DNA from: Candidatus Latescibacterota bacterium | GTDB lineage: Bacteria; Latescibacterota; UBA2968; GCA-2709665 | Reading direction: 5' to 3' | DNA length: 64,000 bases | NCBI GenBank assembly: GCA_963667175.2 | Contig: CAXXXF010000006.1 | Coordinates: 608,001 to 672,000, forward strand | Shown: in pieces, positions 19,877 to 29,320 of the stretch | How positions within the stretch are numbered: the stretch's first letter is position 1 | How the letters are laid out: each line of letters begins with the position of its first letter | Made by a program: the position numbers and the translations under genes | The notes under the pieces: generated by a model | What the model was told of the DNA's origin: nothing | Seen by the model: the letters and a program-made list of their open reading frames with translations, nothing else | Database searches by the model: none

Positions 19877-21154
19877 ATGTGCATGCGACGTCTGTTGTCC
19901 GCCTGTTTTGTCGTCGTTGCAGCCGTACCGCTTTTTGCGCAGATGTCTATCGACCCCGATTTCGACGATAGCGGCACGGTCGACTTTAGCGATTTTGTCA
20001 TGTTCGCCCGTGCGTTCGGGACTACGGACCCCCGGTTCGATCTTGACGACAGCGGCGAAGTCGACTTCCAGGACTTTGTCCTTTTCGCGCGAGCATTCGG
20101 CGGCGCAGCCGACGTCGTCACCAACCCTATAGAGACCTTGACCGAGGTCATTGTCCGAGACCTCCCGGCCGACCCGGACAGACAGGACCTCTTCACCTAT
20201 TACAGCCTGCGGGACAGCGCCATTGTCTCACGGGCCGATTCCAATTCCACGAAGTGGGACCTCGCGTTCAAATCGACGACGGTCCTGATCAACGGCGGCA
20301 ACAGCGGGCCGGGCGAGGGCGGGGCAATCGTGCTGACGGAAACCGAATACGATGCGCTGACGATGGCGCCCGACTCGGAATACCTTGTTGACCAGGAGGG
20401 CCAACCGGCCATTGGACGCGCCTGGTACACGTATACCGGCCCGCCCAACCATCACATCCTGATCAATCCGGGCGTGGTGCTGGTTGTTCGCACGGCCGAC
20501 GGACGATACGCAAAGCTCAGATTCACGAGTTATTATGAAGGCGGCGAGGCGGTTCCTTCGTCGCCGGAGGCGCGCGGGCGCTTCCTGAATTTCACCTACA
20601 CGTTCCAGCCCGACGGCTCGCGGTCGTTTGAGGGACCGTCCCGAGAGATTATGACGCTCACCGAGGTCATGGCCCGCGACGTCGCGGCCGACACGGGAAA
20701 CGTGGGCGCCTTCACGTTCTACAGCTTGCGGGACAGCGCCATTGTCTCACGGGCTGATTCCAATTCCACGAAATGGGATCTCGCGTTCAGATCCACAACC
20801 GTGCTGACCAACAGCGGCGCCAGCGGGCCGGGAGAGGGCGGCGCGATCGTGCTGACGGCGACGGACTACGACACCCTGTCGACGGCCCCGGACGTGGAGT
20901 ATATGGTTGATCAGGAGGGTCAACCCGCGATTTCAAGAGCGTGGTATACGTACACGGGGCCTCCCAGCCACCAGATCCTGATGAATCCGGGCGTCGTGCT
21001 GGTGATTCGCACGGCGGACGGACGATACGCCAAGCTCAAGTTCACGAGTTATTATCAGGGCGGCGAGGCCGTACCTTCTTCCCTGGACTCAAGATCGCGC
21101 TTCTATCATTTCACGTATACGTTCCAACCGGACGGATCGCGCTCGTTTCGTTGA
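19877..21154 (+). CDS. hmuY: secreted protein with a dockerin/EF-hand-like tag and two tandem HmuY hemophore domains
   Basis: Two copies of YSL....V.......WDLAF...N.G.SGPG.GG...WY.Y...H...P.V.V.RTADGRYAKL.F.SYY. Confidence 0.85.
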   Translation: MCMRRLLSACFVVVAAVPLFAQMSIDPDFDDSGTVDFSDFVMFARAFGTTDPRFDLDDSGEVDFQDFVLFARAFGGAADVVTNPIETLTEVIVRDLPADPDRQDLFTYYSLRDSAIVSRADSNSTKWDLAFKSTTVLINGGNSGPGEGGAIVLTETEYDALTMAPDSEYLVDQEGQPAIGRAWYTYTGPPNHHILINPGVVLVVRTADGRYAKLRFTSYYEGGEAVPSSPEARGRFLNFTYTFQPDGSRSFEGPSREIMTLTEVMARDVAADTGNVGAFTFYSLRDSAIVSRADSNSTKWDLAFRSTTVLTNSGASGPGEGGAIVLTATDYDTLSTAPDVEYMVDQEGQPAISRAWYTYTGPPSHQILMNPGVVLVIRTADGRYAKLKFTSYYQGGEAVPSSLDSRSRFYHFTYTFQPDGSRSFR

Positions 21155-21180
21155 ATGACAAGACACACAGGAGGCCCGAC

Positions 21181-21513
21181 ATGATTGCTGTTGCCAATCG
21201 CATCTACATCACTCCGGAGTACGCCGAACGGTTCGAAGATCGGTTTCGCAACCGCGCGCATCTCGTGGACGGCATGCCCGGATTCATCTCCAACAAGGTA
21301 TTGAGACCCACGAAGAGCGACCAGCCTTACGTGGTCCTGACTTTCTGGGAATCCCGGGAGGATTTCAAGAACTGGGTGAATTCGGAGGAATTCCAGAAGG
21401 GCCATGCCAGATCCGGAACGTTGCCGAAAAAAGCGTTCTCGGACTCCAGCCACCTGGAGATTCACGAGGTCTTTCTGGACACCGAACGGGAAGTCGCGGA
21501 AGCGGTTTCGTGA
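21181..21513 (+). CDS. IsdG/HmoB-like heme-degrading monooxygenase (ABM family)
   Basis: N-terminal Asn (VANRI), FEDRF..R...VDGMPGF, WESREDF.NW..SEEF.KGH; GGAGG RBS. Confidence 0.85.
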   Translation: MIAVANRIYITPEYAERFEDRFRNRAHLVDGMPGFISNKVLRPTKSDQPYVVLTFWESREDFKNWVNSEEFQKGHARSGTLPKKAFSDSSHLEIHEVFLDTEREVAEAVS

Positions 21514-21593
21514 AGAGTTACGGGCGCGAATTGAACGAAGGTCGATAGGCGACCCGTCACCCAGCGCACGCACGTGGATGATTCCTGCAAGAC

Positions 21594-21633
21594 AGACAAG
21601 GGGTTACGAGCCATGGCTCGTAACCCCTTGTCT
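21594..21633. terminator. perfect 40-bp palindrome, probably the original tRNA-Pro terminator (possibly bidirectional)
   Basis: AGACAAGGGGTTACGAGCCA|TGGCTCGTAACCCCTTGTCT. Confidence 0.75.
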
Positions 21634-21637
21634 ATTG

Positions 21638-21678
21638 TGGTCGGGGAGGCGGGATTCGAACCCGCGACCCCCTGCTCC
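21638..21678 (-). repeat. att site: duplicated 3' 41 nt of tRNA-Pro
   Basis: Identical to 23739-23779; the repeat ends within the anticodon loop. Confidence 0.93.
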
Positions 21679-22106
21679 GTGTGCCATTGAATCGGCTGAT
21701 CGACGTAAGCTATTTCGTTATTCGGCGTATGTCCTCAAGTCAGTCGTTGCGTTCACCATTGGGATTGAACCTTATCTTGACTAATGTTGGCGTCGCTGGT
21801 CAGAATGTCGTCAGGATAATACCGATGTATCACCCCAGAACAATCCCTCCACAAAGCCCTTCGCTTCAATGCGTATATCTCCACGGGATTTCCAAACATA
21901 TCAGACTGCCGTACTGAACGCGTCGTGGGATTCCTACCCCAAATCTGTGGGCCAAAGGGAAACGCTTCCGGATTAACCACAGTAGATTACAGGGTTTGTT
22001 GACTTGGGGGCACTCGTTACCTACATTCGATCTGAATTTCCACCGAATCAATAGATCTGACTTCGAAATCGATATGGGCCTCGCTGGCTACGATTGGAGG
22101 CAGGCT

Positions 22107-22682
22107 ATGGAAATTAAGGTAACGAAATCATATCTTGACATGGCTCGCTGCTTCCAGGGCGCCGAAGTTTGTCGTGGTTCCGAAGTGGTGTCGGAGAATT
22201 CGGTATTTGATGAGGAATTCGCCAGGGTGAGTTGCGTATACATCTATAATTATTCGGCAATTACGGCATTCGTTAGTGAGCAACTATACGCGATCTGGAA
22301 GAAACCAGGCAACAGACTAAGGGAGGAATTCTCCAGTTTCGGAAATTTCAATGATCTAATGCGGTCGGAATTCCGAGACATAAAACGCGCACTAAAGAAG
22401 CTCGCACGACTAAATGACATCACACCTTTTCACGAAGCAAATCCCAAAGTATGGCAAGAATTGAATAAGTTCCTCCGAGAATACCGCAACTATTTCGCAC
22501 ATCCTGATCCCGAGAGTTTCTCAGATTTCATAAATGGAATAGGCTGTCATCAGTTGAATCTGGGGCCGAGAGTGGCGACTGAGATTATCAAGTACTTCTA
22601 CACAGCAACGGGAACACCGGTTCCTGGCTGGCTTTCAGAGCGAGGGATTTTCGTCCCAAAAATCATAATCGTCGGCACATAG
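22107..22682 (+). CDS. hypothetical protein with a HEPN-like RxxxxH motif
   Basis: LREYRNYFAHP; helical composition; GGAGG RBS. Confidence 0.65.
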   Translation: MEIKVTKSYLDMARCFQGAEVCRGSEVVSENSVFDEEFARVSCVYIYNYSAITAFVSEQLYAIWKKPGNRLREEFSSFGNFNDLMRSEFRDIKRALKKLARLNDITPFHEANPKVWQELNKFLREYRNYFAHPDPESFSDFINGIGCHQLNLGPRVATEIIKYFYTATGTPVPGWLSERGIFVPKIIIVGT

Positions 22683-22762
22683 CAAGGGCTGTTCAGGAAG
22701 ATCAGTCATATGGTTAAATTAGATAGAAGCTGTTTCTCGCAGGATTGAAGGAGTTCTAAGTC

Positions 22763-23554
22763 GTGTATCTGTCTTATTTTGATGAATCGGGTGACGACGG
22801 GAATCCAAGATCGTCACCTCTTTACGTTCAAACTGCGATTTATGTGCAACATCAGCACTGGAATGACACGTTCGAGGCCCTCTATGAATTCCGTAAACGG
22901 CTGATGAAAGACTATCGTCTGCCGGTTCGGCTCGAAATTCACGTCAAGCCGTTCTTACTCAACAAACGTCCGTATCAGCAGCTTAAGTTCAAAGAGAGAA
23001 CGAGGGTGAAGATTATCGACGAATTCTGCGAAGTTCTCGCGACTTTACCTTTGAAGACCTTGAATGTAGTGATCGACAAGGACAAAATCATCCGGCCCAC
23101 GAGCTGTGATATCCTGGAAAGAGCGATGGAGTACACAATTCAAGGGCTTGAGAACGACCTGAATAAGAATGACCCCTCGGCCAGCTTCCTGATCATCACA
23201 GACGAAGGGCGAGTTGGCAAGATGAGGCGAATCGCCAGAAAAGTGAGGCGTATGAACTACATTCCATCGCAATTTCAGCCCGGTTCGTACCTTAACGCCA
23301 GGATCACAAAGCTCATTGAGGATCCGCTACCTAAGAGTTCAGACCAATCGTACTTTATCCAGGCAAGTGACTTCATCGCCACGGTCACCTATTACTATCA
23401 ACTGCACAAATTGGGGAAATTGTCTTTTCCGAGCAGGTTTCCAAGGTCAATCGACCGGGCCAGCATCGAAGGATGGATGAATACTCTGTTGCCAATCCTC
23501 AATACACACGCATCCGATACAGATAAATTCGGTGTTGTGTGCTATCCCAAATAG
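22763..23554 (+). CDS. DUF3800 domain-containing protein
   Basis: N-terminal YFDESG, EIH and C-terminal S..IQASD motifs. Confidence 0.9.
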   Translation: MYLSYFDESGDDGNPRSSPLYVQTAIYVQHQHWNDTFEALYEFRKRLMKDYRLPVRLEIHVKPFLLNKRPYQQLKFKERTRVKIIDEFCEVLATLPLKTLNVVIDKDKIIRPTSCDILERAMEYTIQGLENDLNKNDPSASFLIITDEGRVGKMRRIARKVRRMNYIPSQFQPGSYLNARITKLIEDPLPKSSDQSYFIQASDFIATVTYYYQLHKLGKLSFPSRFPRSIDRASIEGWMNTLLPILNTHASDTDKFGVVCYPK

Positions 23555-23620
23555 GAATCGCCCCCGGTTCCAACCGGGGGCGATTCTCACCACCTAGGCA
23601 CATTCGCGCTTTCAGTGGTT
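23550..23620 (-). ncRNA. putative small RNA convergent with DUF3800
   Basis: Minus-strand TTGACA(23655-23650)-17-TAAATT(23632-23627); nested stems ACCAC/GUGGU and GCGC/GUGC; 15-bp hairpin at 23555-23586. Confidence 0.6.
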
Positions 23621-23738
23621 CAATCAAATTTAGCGTTAATTGACGAGGATGTCAAGCCAAAAGGATGGCAATTGTGACGCTTGGCTAGACCAATAGAACA
23701 AGAGACTGCGCCAATTTGAGGTAACCCCTTGTTTTTTA

Positions 23739-23815
23739 TGGTCGGGGAGGCGGGATTCGAACCCGCGACCCCCTGCTCCCAAAGCAGGTGCTCTGCCGGA
23801 CTGAGCCACTCCCCG
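23739..23815 (-). tRNA. tRNA-Pro(TGG)
   Basis: CGGGGAGTGGCTCAG...cctgc-ttTGGga-gcagg...GGTTCGAATCC...CCCCGACCA; 77 nt with encoded CCA. Confidence 0.97.
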
Positions 23816-24126
23816 TCCAATCGTGCAAAGTCAGAATATCTGTTCGGAATATCCACAAAACCACTGTTTCGAGCAAGAAAAAAGGTGGATCGGACACAGG
23901 AAACTTACCTCGTTGTCCGTCATACTTTACTTGCGTTTGTCGTTGCGAATCGCATCTGCAGTCGGGTCCATTGCCTATGGCGCCAAGACACATTCGACTT
24001 GTAATTTAAGACGAGAGTGATATTCTGGATTTCAATTGTTGGACCGCGCGCCGCGGGTTATATTAGTGAGACAATTCAGCGGTTCAGGTTTATCTGCTGA
24101 AAATTAGAACCCATAGGAGACCACGC

Positions 24127-25938
24127 GTGGAAACCAAAATCCTAACTCCCCTGAAGATTTTTAGCAGTCCTGTTCGATACGAGATACCGCCGTTCCAACG
24201 CCCATATATATGGGAGCAGGAACACCAGTGGGAACCACTCTGGGAAGACGTAAGCAACATCGCACAGGCGATTATTGAGGGGGGTGAACCACCTAGACCT
24301 CATTTCATGGGCGCAGCCGTCTTCCAACCACGTCTCCATCGCAGAGGTAATATCGACTATCCCGGCGTCGTCGATGGCCAGCAACGGTTGATTACTCTGC
24401 AACTGCTGATTGATGCCGTTCAAGAGGTATTCGAACATCAGAACTACAAACAACCTGCTGGTCGTTTGTCTACGCTTGTCGAGAATCAGGAGGATTTTTG
24501 GGACGGAAATCGCGAAAACGGTTTTAAGGTTTGGCCAACCGTTCGCGACCGTGACGCCTTCCAACACGCAATGCAAAACGATCTACATAGTGATAAGTAC
24601 GAACATTCTCGGATTGTCCGAGCCCACAACTATTTCAAGTTTCAGACTGAAACGTGGTTGGACGAGTATCAGCTTGATGAAGAACGCGGTATCCAAGCGG
24701 CAGAGGCTATGGATCAAGTATTGCGCAACGAACTTGAACTTGTCGTAATCGACTTGGGTCCGCACGACGACCCTCATGTCATCTTTGAAACCCTTAACGC
24801 CCGTGGCACGCCTCTGCTTCCGTCGGATATGATCAAGAACGGAATACTACACAAAGCCGGCATTGCTACTGATGGAGACGAAGCGTCTAAGAAAGCCCGA
24901 CAACTGTGGCCCTTCGATGGGGATTGGTGGATGGATGAGATTGGGAGAGGGCATCAGCGTCGACCTCGGATAGATGTGTACGTCAACAACTGGCTTACTC
25001 TACGCAACCGCACCGAGACAAAGGCTCACGACGAATTCAGAGTTTTCACACAATACGCCGACAAACTCGAGCAACAGAAAACAACCATCCAGGAAATTGC
25101 GTCAGATCTTCGCAGGTTAGGTGAAATATATCGAAAGATTGAAGCCATTGAGGACATTCAGCGATCTGACATTAGTGCATTCCTCAACACGCGAAGAGTA
25201 TTGAACGTCGGAGTAATCACGCCTGTCCTCCTATGGCTACTCTCGTCCGACGTTCCACAACCTCAACTCGGTAAAAGCCTTAAAGCGTTGGAGAGCTTTC
25301 TTGTGCGTCGGATGGCCTGTGGATTGAGCGCCAGGGCGTACGGCAGGCTATTTGTACCTTTGATTAGCGAAATGAACAGTTCGGGACCACTAAGTGTCGA
25401 TGAAACCATTGTTGAATACTTGGAAAGGCAGAGTGCACCCGCGAATACATGGCCTAATGACCAAACCCTCTTAAATCAATTCATCAGTGCACCGCTTTAT
25501 TGGAAGTTAACTCAAGGTCGTTTAAGGCTTATTTTGGAAGGAATTGAGGATGAACTTCGTACTTCAAAGGCCGAAACCCAGTCGGTACCAAGAGGCCTTC
25601 ACATTGAGCACATTCTACCACAGGGGTGGCAGCAACACTGGCCGTTGCCACCGCAAGATCACACTGCGGACGAGGATGCGGCCATTGCTACACGTAACGA
25701 AGTAATCCACTCAATCGGCAATCTCACGCTCGTAAACGAAAAATTGAATCCCTCTATGTCCAACCATCCGTGGGAAAAGAAGCAAAAGGTCCTTTTCAAC
25801 AATAGCGTTTTGTTTCTAAATAAATCCATATTGGAGAACCCACCTCCGGTCTGGGATGAATCAGCAATAGTAGAACGGGCGAAAAACCTACATAAGGTAG
25901 CCGTGAGAGTGTGGCCTCATGCCGACGCTTTCCGTTAA
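24127..25938 (+). CDS. DUF262 + DUF1524 (GmrSD/SspE-like) modification-dependent restriction protein
   Basis: IPPFQRPYIW, VVDGQQR, IFETLNARG and EHILPQ...IGNLTL...N motifs. Confidence 0.92.
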   Translation: METKILTPLKIFSSPVRYEIPPFQRPYIWEQEHQWEPLWEDVSNIAQAIIEGGEPPRPHFMGAAVFQPRLHRRGNIDYPGVVDGQQRLITLQLLIDAVQEVFEHQNYKQPAGRLSTLVENQEDFWDGNRENGFKVWPTVRDRDAFQHAMQNDLHSDKYEHSRIVRAHNYFKFQTETWLDEYQLDEERGIQAAEAMDQVLRNELELVVIDLGPHDDPHVIFETLNARGTPLLPSDMIKNGILHKAGIATDGDEASKKARQLWPFDGDWWMDEIGRGHQRRPRIDVYVNNWLTLRNRTETKAHDEFRVFTQYADKLEQQKTTIQEIASDLRRLGEIYRKIEAIEDIQRSDISAFLNTRRVLNVGVITPVLLWLLSSDVPQPQLGKSLKALESFLVRRMACGLSARAYGRLFVPLISEMNSSGPLSVDETIVEYLERQSAPANTWPNDQTLLNQFISAPLYWKLTQGRLRLILEGIEDELRTSKAETQSVPRGLHIEHILPQGWQQHWPLPPQDHTADEDAAIATRNEVIHSIGNLTLVNEKLNPSMSNHPWEKKQKVLFNNSVLFLNKSILENPPPVWDESAIVERAKNLHKVAVRVWPHADAFR

Positions 25939-26258
25939 ATATCAAGGACTTAAGTGAAAATCCGTTTCCCGTTGTGCAGATACGATAAGATCTAGGCGAT
26001 GATGTCTTCGAAATGTGCCGCCCATACTATAAAAATTCGAAGGATACGCAGACGCCGTTGCGAGTTCTGGCACTACTGGTTGCGGGCGATCACTCTCAAT
26101 GAATCATACATAACGCATTCTTAAGTAAGGGTAGCGTGCAGGGCGGGTTTCACTTCATATTCGTTATCTCCGTCTGTATTGACGTTGGGCTCAGAGTGTT
26201 ACTAATGATGTCTCAAGTCGGAACGTGTCAATAGAAATGAGACACCTCCCGTTGGGGT

Positions 26259-27272
26259 TTAGTGTAGCAGTTGTTGGCATTCGATGGTGTTCTGTGGTTG
26301 GTTAATCCAGACTTGGTCCGGAACGTGTGGTGGTCGAGGATGCCCCTTAACAAATCGTTCAGGGTGGTTGTGATAAGCCTGATCCAGCACGGATTGTCTG
26401 TCGGCTTGAACCTGCTGTGTGAGCCCATGGTGGACGGTGTCGGGCGTGAGTAAGCCCAGTCCACTGTGCCGGTGTTGCGTGTTGTACCAGGAAAAGAAGG
26501 TCTGTAAATAGGTGCGGGCTTCTTGCGGACCGGTGAAGCGCCCGGGGTATGAAGGCGCGTATTTGAGCGTTTTGAACTGGCTTTCGGAATACGGGTTGTC
26601 ATCGGAGACGCGGGGTCGAGCGTAGCTGGCCAGGATGTCGAGGTCCATCAGCAACTGCGAAAACGTCTTGGCTGTCATGGGTGCGCCGCGGTCCTGGTGC
26701 AGCGTCAGTTGTCGGGGTTGAATGCCCTGCTTGGTGCAGGCGTTGGTGATCAGGCGCTTGGCGTATGTGGCGCTTTCTCTTGTGGCGACCATCCAGGCCA
26801 CGACATAGCGTGAGAACAGATCCAGTACGACGTAGAGGGGATAGGTTTCCCACTTGCGGGTTCCTGGCAGCCGCGTGATATCCCATGTCCAGACCTGGTT
26901 GGGCGCATCCGCCATCAAGCGGGGCGGTTCCAGACGTGGATGACGCCGCTGGTGTCGCCGCTGGGGCACCTCTCCTGCATCGTGCAGCAGACGGTACATG
27001 GTCCGGATCGAGCAGACATACCGCCCTTCCTCGAGCAGCGCGGCGTAGACTGCCGGTGGCGCCTGGTCTACGAAGCGGTCCTCGTGCAGGATGTCCAGCA
27101 CGGTAGCGCGCTCGTTTTGGGAAAGCGCACGTGGCGACGAGGACCGGGCGCCACGAGGCCCGCGTTGGGCTGGCTGACGCGCACGGTAGACCGATGCCCG
27201 CGCCACACCCAGGGCCCGGCACGCGGAAGCCAACCCGACCTTCGGGGCCAGTTGTTCTGCCGCCCGTATCAT
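26259..27272 (-). CDS. IS3 OrfB DDE transposase (rve domain)
   Basis: WTWDIT, DLFSRY, HQDRG and DNPYSESQFKTLK motifs. Confidence 0.93.
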   Translation of the reverse strand: MIRAAEQLAPKVGLASACRALGVARASVYRARQPAQRGPRGARSSSPRALSQNERATVLDILHEDRFVDQAPPAVYAALLEEGRYVCSIRTMYRLLHDAGEVPQRRHQRRHPRLEPPRLMADAPNQVWTWDITRLPGTRKWETYPLYVVLDLFSRYVVAWMVATRESATYAKRLITNACTKQGIQPRQLTLHQDRGAPMTAKTFSQLLMDLDILASYARPRVSDDNPYSESQFKTLKYAPSYPGRFTGPQEARTYLQTFFSWYNTQHRHSGLGLLTPDTVHHGLTQQVQADRQSVLDQAYHNHPERFVKGHPRPPHVPDQVWINQPQNTIECQQLLH

Positions 27273-27736
27273 ACGTCGTCGTCGCCTGCTGGCGGGTTCA
27301 GGGGGATGCCCAGGATCTCGGAGGCTTTTTTTTGGATCTCGAGGATCGTGTTCGCCTGTTCCAATCGTCGTCGCAAACGGGCGATCTCCTTGCGCAGTTG
27401 CTCGTTCTCGACGGATACCTCGTCGCGGCGACGCCCTTTCGGTCCCCGCAGCTTCAACAGCGCCTTGAGCGACCCCTCGCGACGCGCACGACGCCACTGC
27501 GTCAACTGCGAGGAATACAGACCCTCGCGGCGCAGCAGCGCGCCGACTTCACCAGGGGCACGGCACGCGTCGGCCTCTTCCAAGATGCGAAGCTTGTACT
27601 TTGCCGTGAAACGGCGACGCCGCGCACGCGCCGGCACTTCCGGATTCGGCCTCGTGGTTGTGGAGGTCCCGCGCGGGACCTCCACAACCAGAGACCCCTT
27701 GCTGCCGTTGCCTACAACATCGGTCCTTGACCTCAT
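27269..27736 (-). CDS. IS3 OrfA (HTH + leucine zipper)
   Basis: RRRFTAKYKLRIL, LLRREGLYSSQLTQWR; A8G slippery run at IQKK. Confidence 0.9.
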   Translation of the reverse strand: MRSRTDVVGNGSKGSLVVEVPRGTSTTTRPNPEVPARARRRRFTAKYKLRILEEADACRAPGEVGALLRREGLYSSQLTQWRRARREGSLKALLKLRGPKGRRRDEVSVENEQLRKEIARLRRRLEQANTILEIQKKASEILGIPLNPPAGDDDV

Positions 27737-28121
27737 CTCTTGTTCTCCTCTCCGCCCATGATACGACATTAATCTCGAAGGGGGAGTTGTCTCACTCTAT
27801 ATTGGCACGTAGGGAGTTTCAGGTAGAAATTGGACGGGTGAACTATCTTGCTGCAATGGACAGCTGCCGCATGGCTACCACTCGCCACAAGAAGGAGCCG
27901 TTGGGCGGTTGTTTTCGGCTGACAATATGGTCTGAAGAAATTCCGTGCTAATATGCCTTGCCTGAGATGTTCTCCTTCTTGGTGTGTCGAAAATCAATAG
28001 TTCGCGCTACAAATACCGAGTTCCATGGATTTCGCTTGCAGCTTCCGGCACGTCAAGGTAATTTGACGTGCGGTAAACCTCCGAGGCACATCCCTTTCCC
28101 TGCCTAATGGTGTTTTCGCTT

Positions 28122-29255
28122 ATGCCCGACAAACCAGTACTCATCATCGACGGCCATCTGGATATGGCCTTCAACGCCCTGTTCTACCGGCGGGACCTCA
28201 CGCAGCCGGTGCATGTGCTTCGCGAACGGGAAGACGTCGTCCGCGCGGGCCTCTCGACCCATAAGGATTCTCTCGAAAGACGCGCAGGACTCCAGGACAA
28301 ACGCTACACCGTCACCGTTACGCTGCCTGAAATGCGGGAGGGCCACGTGGGCATCATGCTCTCTACGATCATGGCCCGCGTACAGGCCCCGTCCATTGAC
28401 TCCCACAACTCGGTCCGCGCGCAGTCGGTCGCCTACGCCAGGGGTCAGAGCCACCTGCACTACTACAACGCCCTCGCACGCAGGGGAGAGATCACGTTCA
28501 TCAAGAACGCCGGCGACCTGGATGCCTGTGTTTCGTCCTGGGAGCATCCAACGGATACCACCCCGATCGGCCTGATTCTCAGCGCCGAGAGCGCCGACCC
28601 CATCCTGGGGCCCGACCAGGTGCAGGAATGGCGGGACGCCGGCCTTCGCTCCGTATCGCTTACCCACTTCGGCGCCAACACCTACGGCCACGGCACAGGC
28701 ACCGTCGGCGGGCTCTATCCCCCCGCCTACCCCCTGATGGACGCCTTCAAGGACGCGGGCATGGTGATCGACCTCACCCACGCCTCGGACCTCTCCTTCT
28801 GGCAGATCCTCGACTACTGGGACGGGCCGGTCCACGCCAGCCACTGCAACTGCCGCGCGCTGGTTCCCGGACAGCGGCACCTCAGCGACGACATGATCCG
28901 CGCCATCGTGGAACGCGGCGGCGTCATCGGCATGGTCTTTGCCGAACAGATGCTCAGCCCCGCATGGAACTGGGACGATCCATCGACCCACTACGCCACC
29001 GCCACCCGGCCGATGAAGGCCGTTGTCGAACACGTCGACCACGTCTGCCAGTTGACGGGCAACAGCAACCACGTGGCGATCGGCACGGACCTCGACGGCG
29101 GCTTCGGGCTGGAGCTCTCACCCACGGACTACAACACGATTAGCGACCTCCAGCGGTTCCCCCGCATCCTGGAAGCGCACGGATACGACGCCGAAGACAT
29201 CGACTGCATCTGTCACGGAAACCTGATCAGGTTCTTCAAGGAAGCGTGGTCCTGA
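28122..29255 (+). CDS. membrane dipeptidase (peptidase M19)
   Basis: IIDGHLD, ESAD, IDLTH, ASHCN and IGTDLDGG motifs. Confidence 0.92.
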   Translation: MPDKPVLIIDGHLDMAFNALFYRRDLTQPVHVLREREDVVRAGLSTHKDSLERRAGLQDKRYTVTVTLPEMREGHVGIMLSTIMARVQAPSIDSHNSVRAQSVAYARGQSHLHYYNALARRGEITFIKNAGDLDACVSSWEHPTDTTPIGLILSAESADPILGPDQVQEWRDAGLRSVSLTHFGANTYGHGTGTVGGLYPPAYPLMDAFKDAGMVIDLTHASDLSFWQILDYWDGPVHASHCNCRALVPGQRHLSDDMIRAIVERGGVIGMVFAEQMLSPAWNWDDPSTHYATATRPMKAVVEHVDHVCQLTGNSNHVAIGTDLDGGFGLELSPTDYNTISDLQRFPRILEAHGYDAEDIDCICHGNLIRFFKEAWS

Positions 29256-29320
29256 TGCCGGTCCTTTCACCCGGCGCGCGCCTTTCCCGGCCACCGGGTT
29301 GTTTCTAACCGGGGTTTCGA

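Larger units (their letters stand above)
21638..23779. mobile_element. genomic islet integrated in tRNA-Pro, no integrase present
   Basis: 41-bp direct repeats, lower GC, two cargo genes. Confidence 0.85.
26219..27814 (-). mobile_element. IS3-family insertion sequence, copy 1
   Basis: orfA/orfB, imperfect terminal IRs, 3-bp AGT target duplication (26216-26218, 27815-27817). Confidence 0.92.

Noticed and set aside
20130-21154. Internal DNA repeat as CRISPR or DGR template/variable repeats
   Set aside because: It is an in-frame HmuY domain duplication; mismatches are not adenine-specific and no RT or cas genes are present
21679-22000. Integrase remnant next to the att site
   Set aside because: No tyrosine recombinase motifs recognisable in the short ORFs; left unassigned
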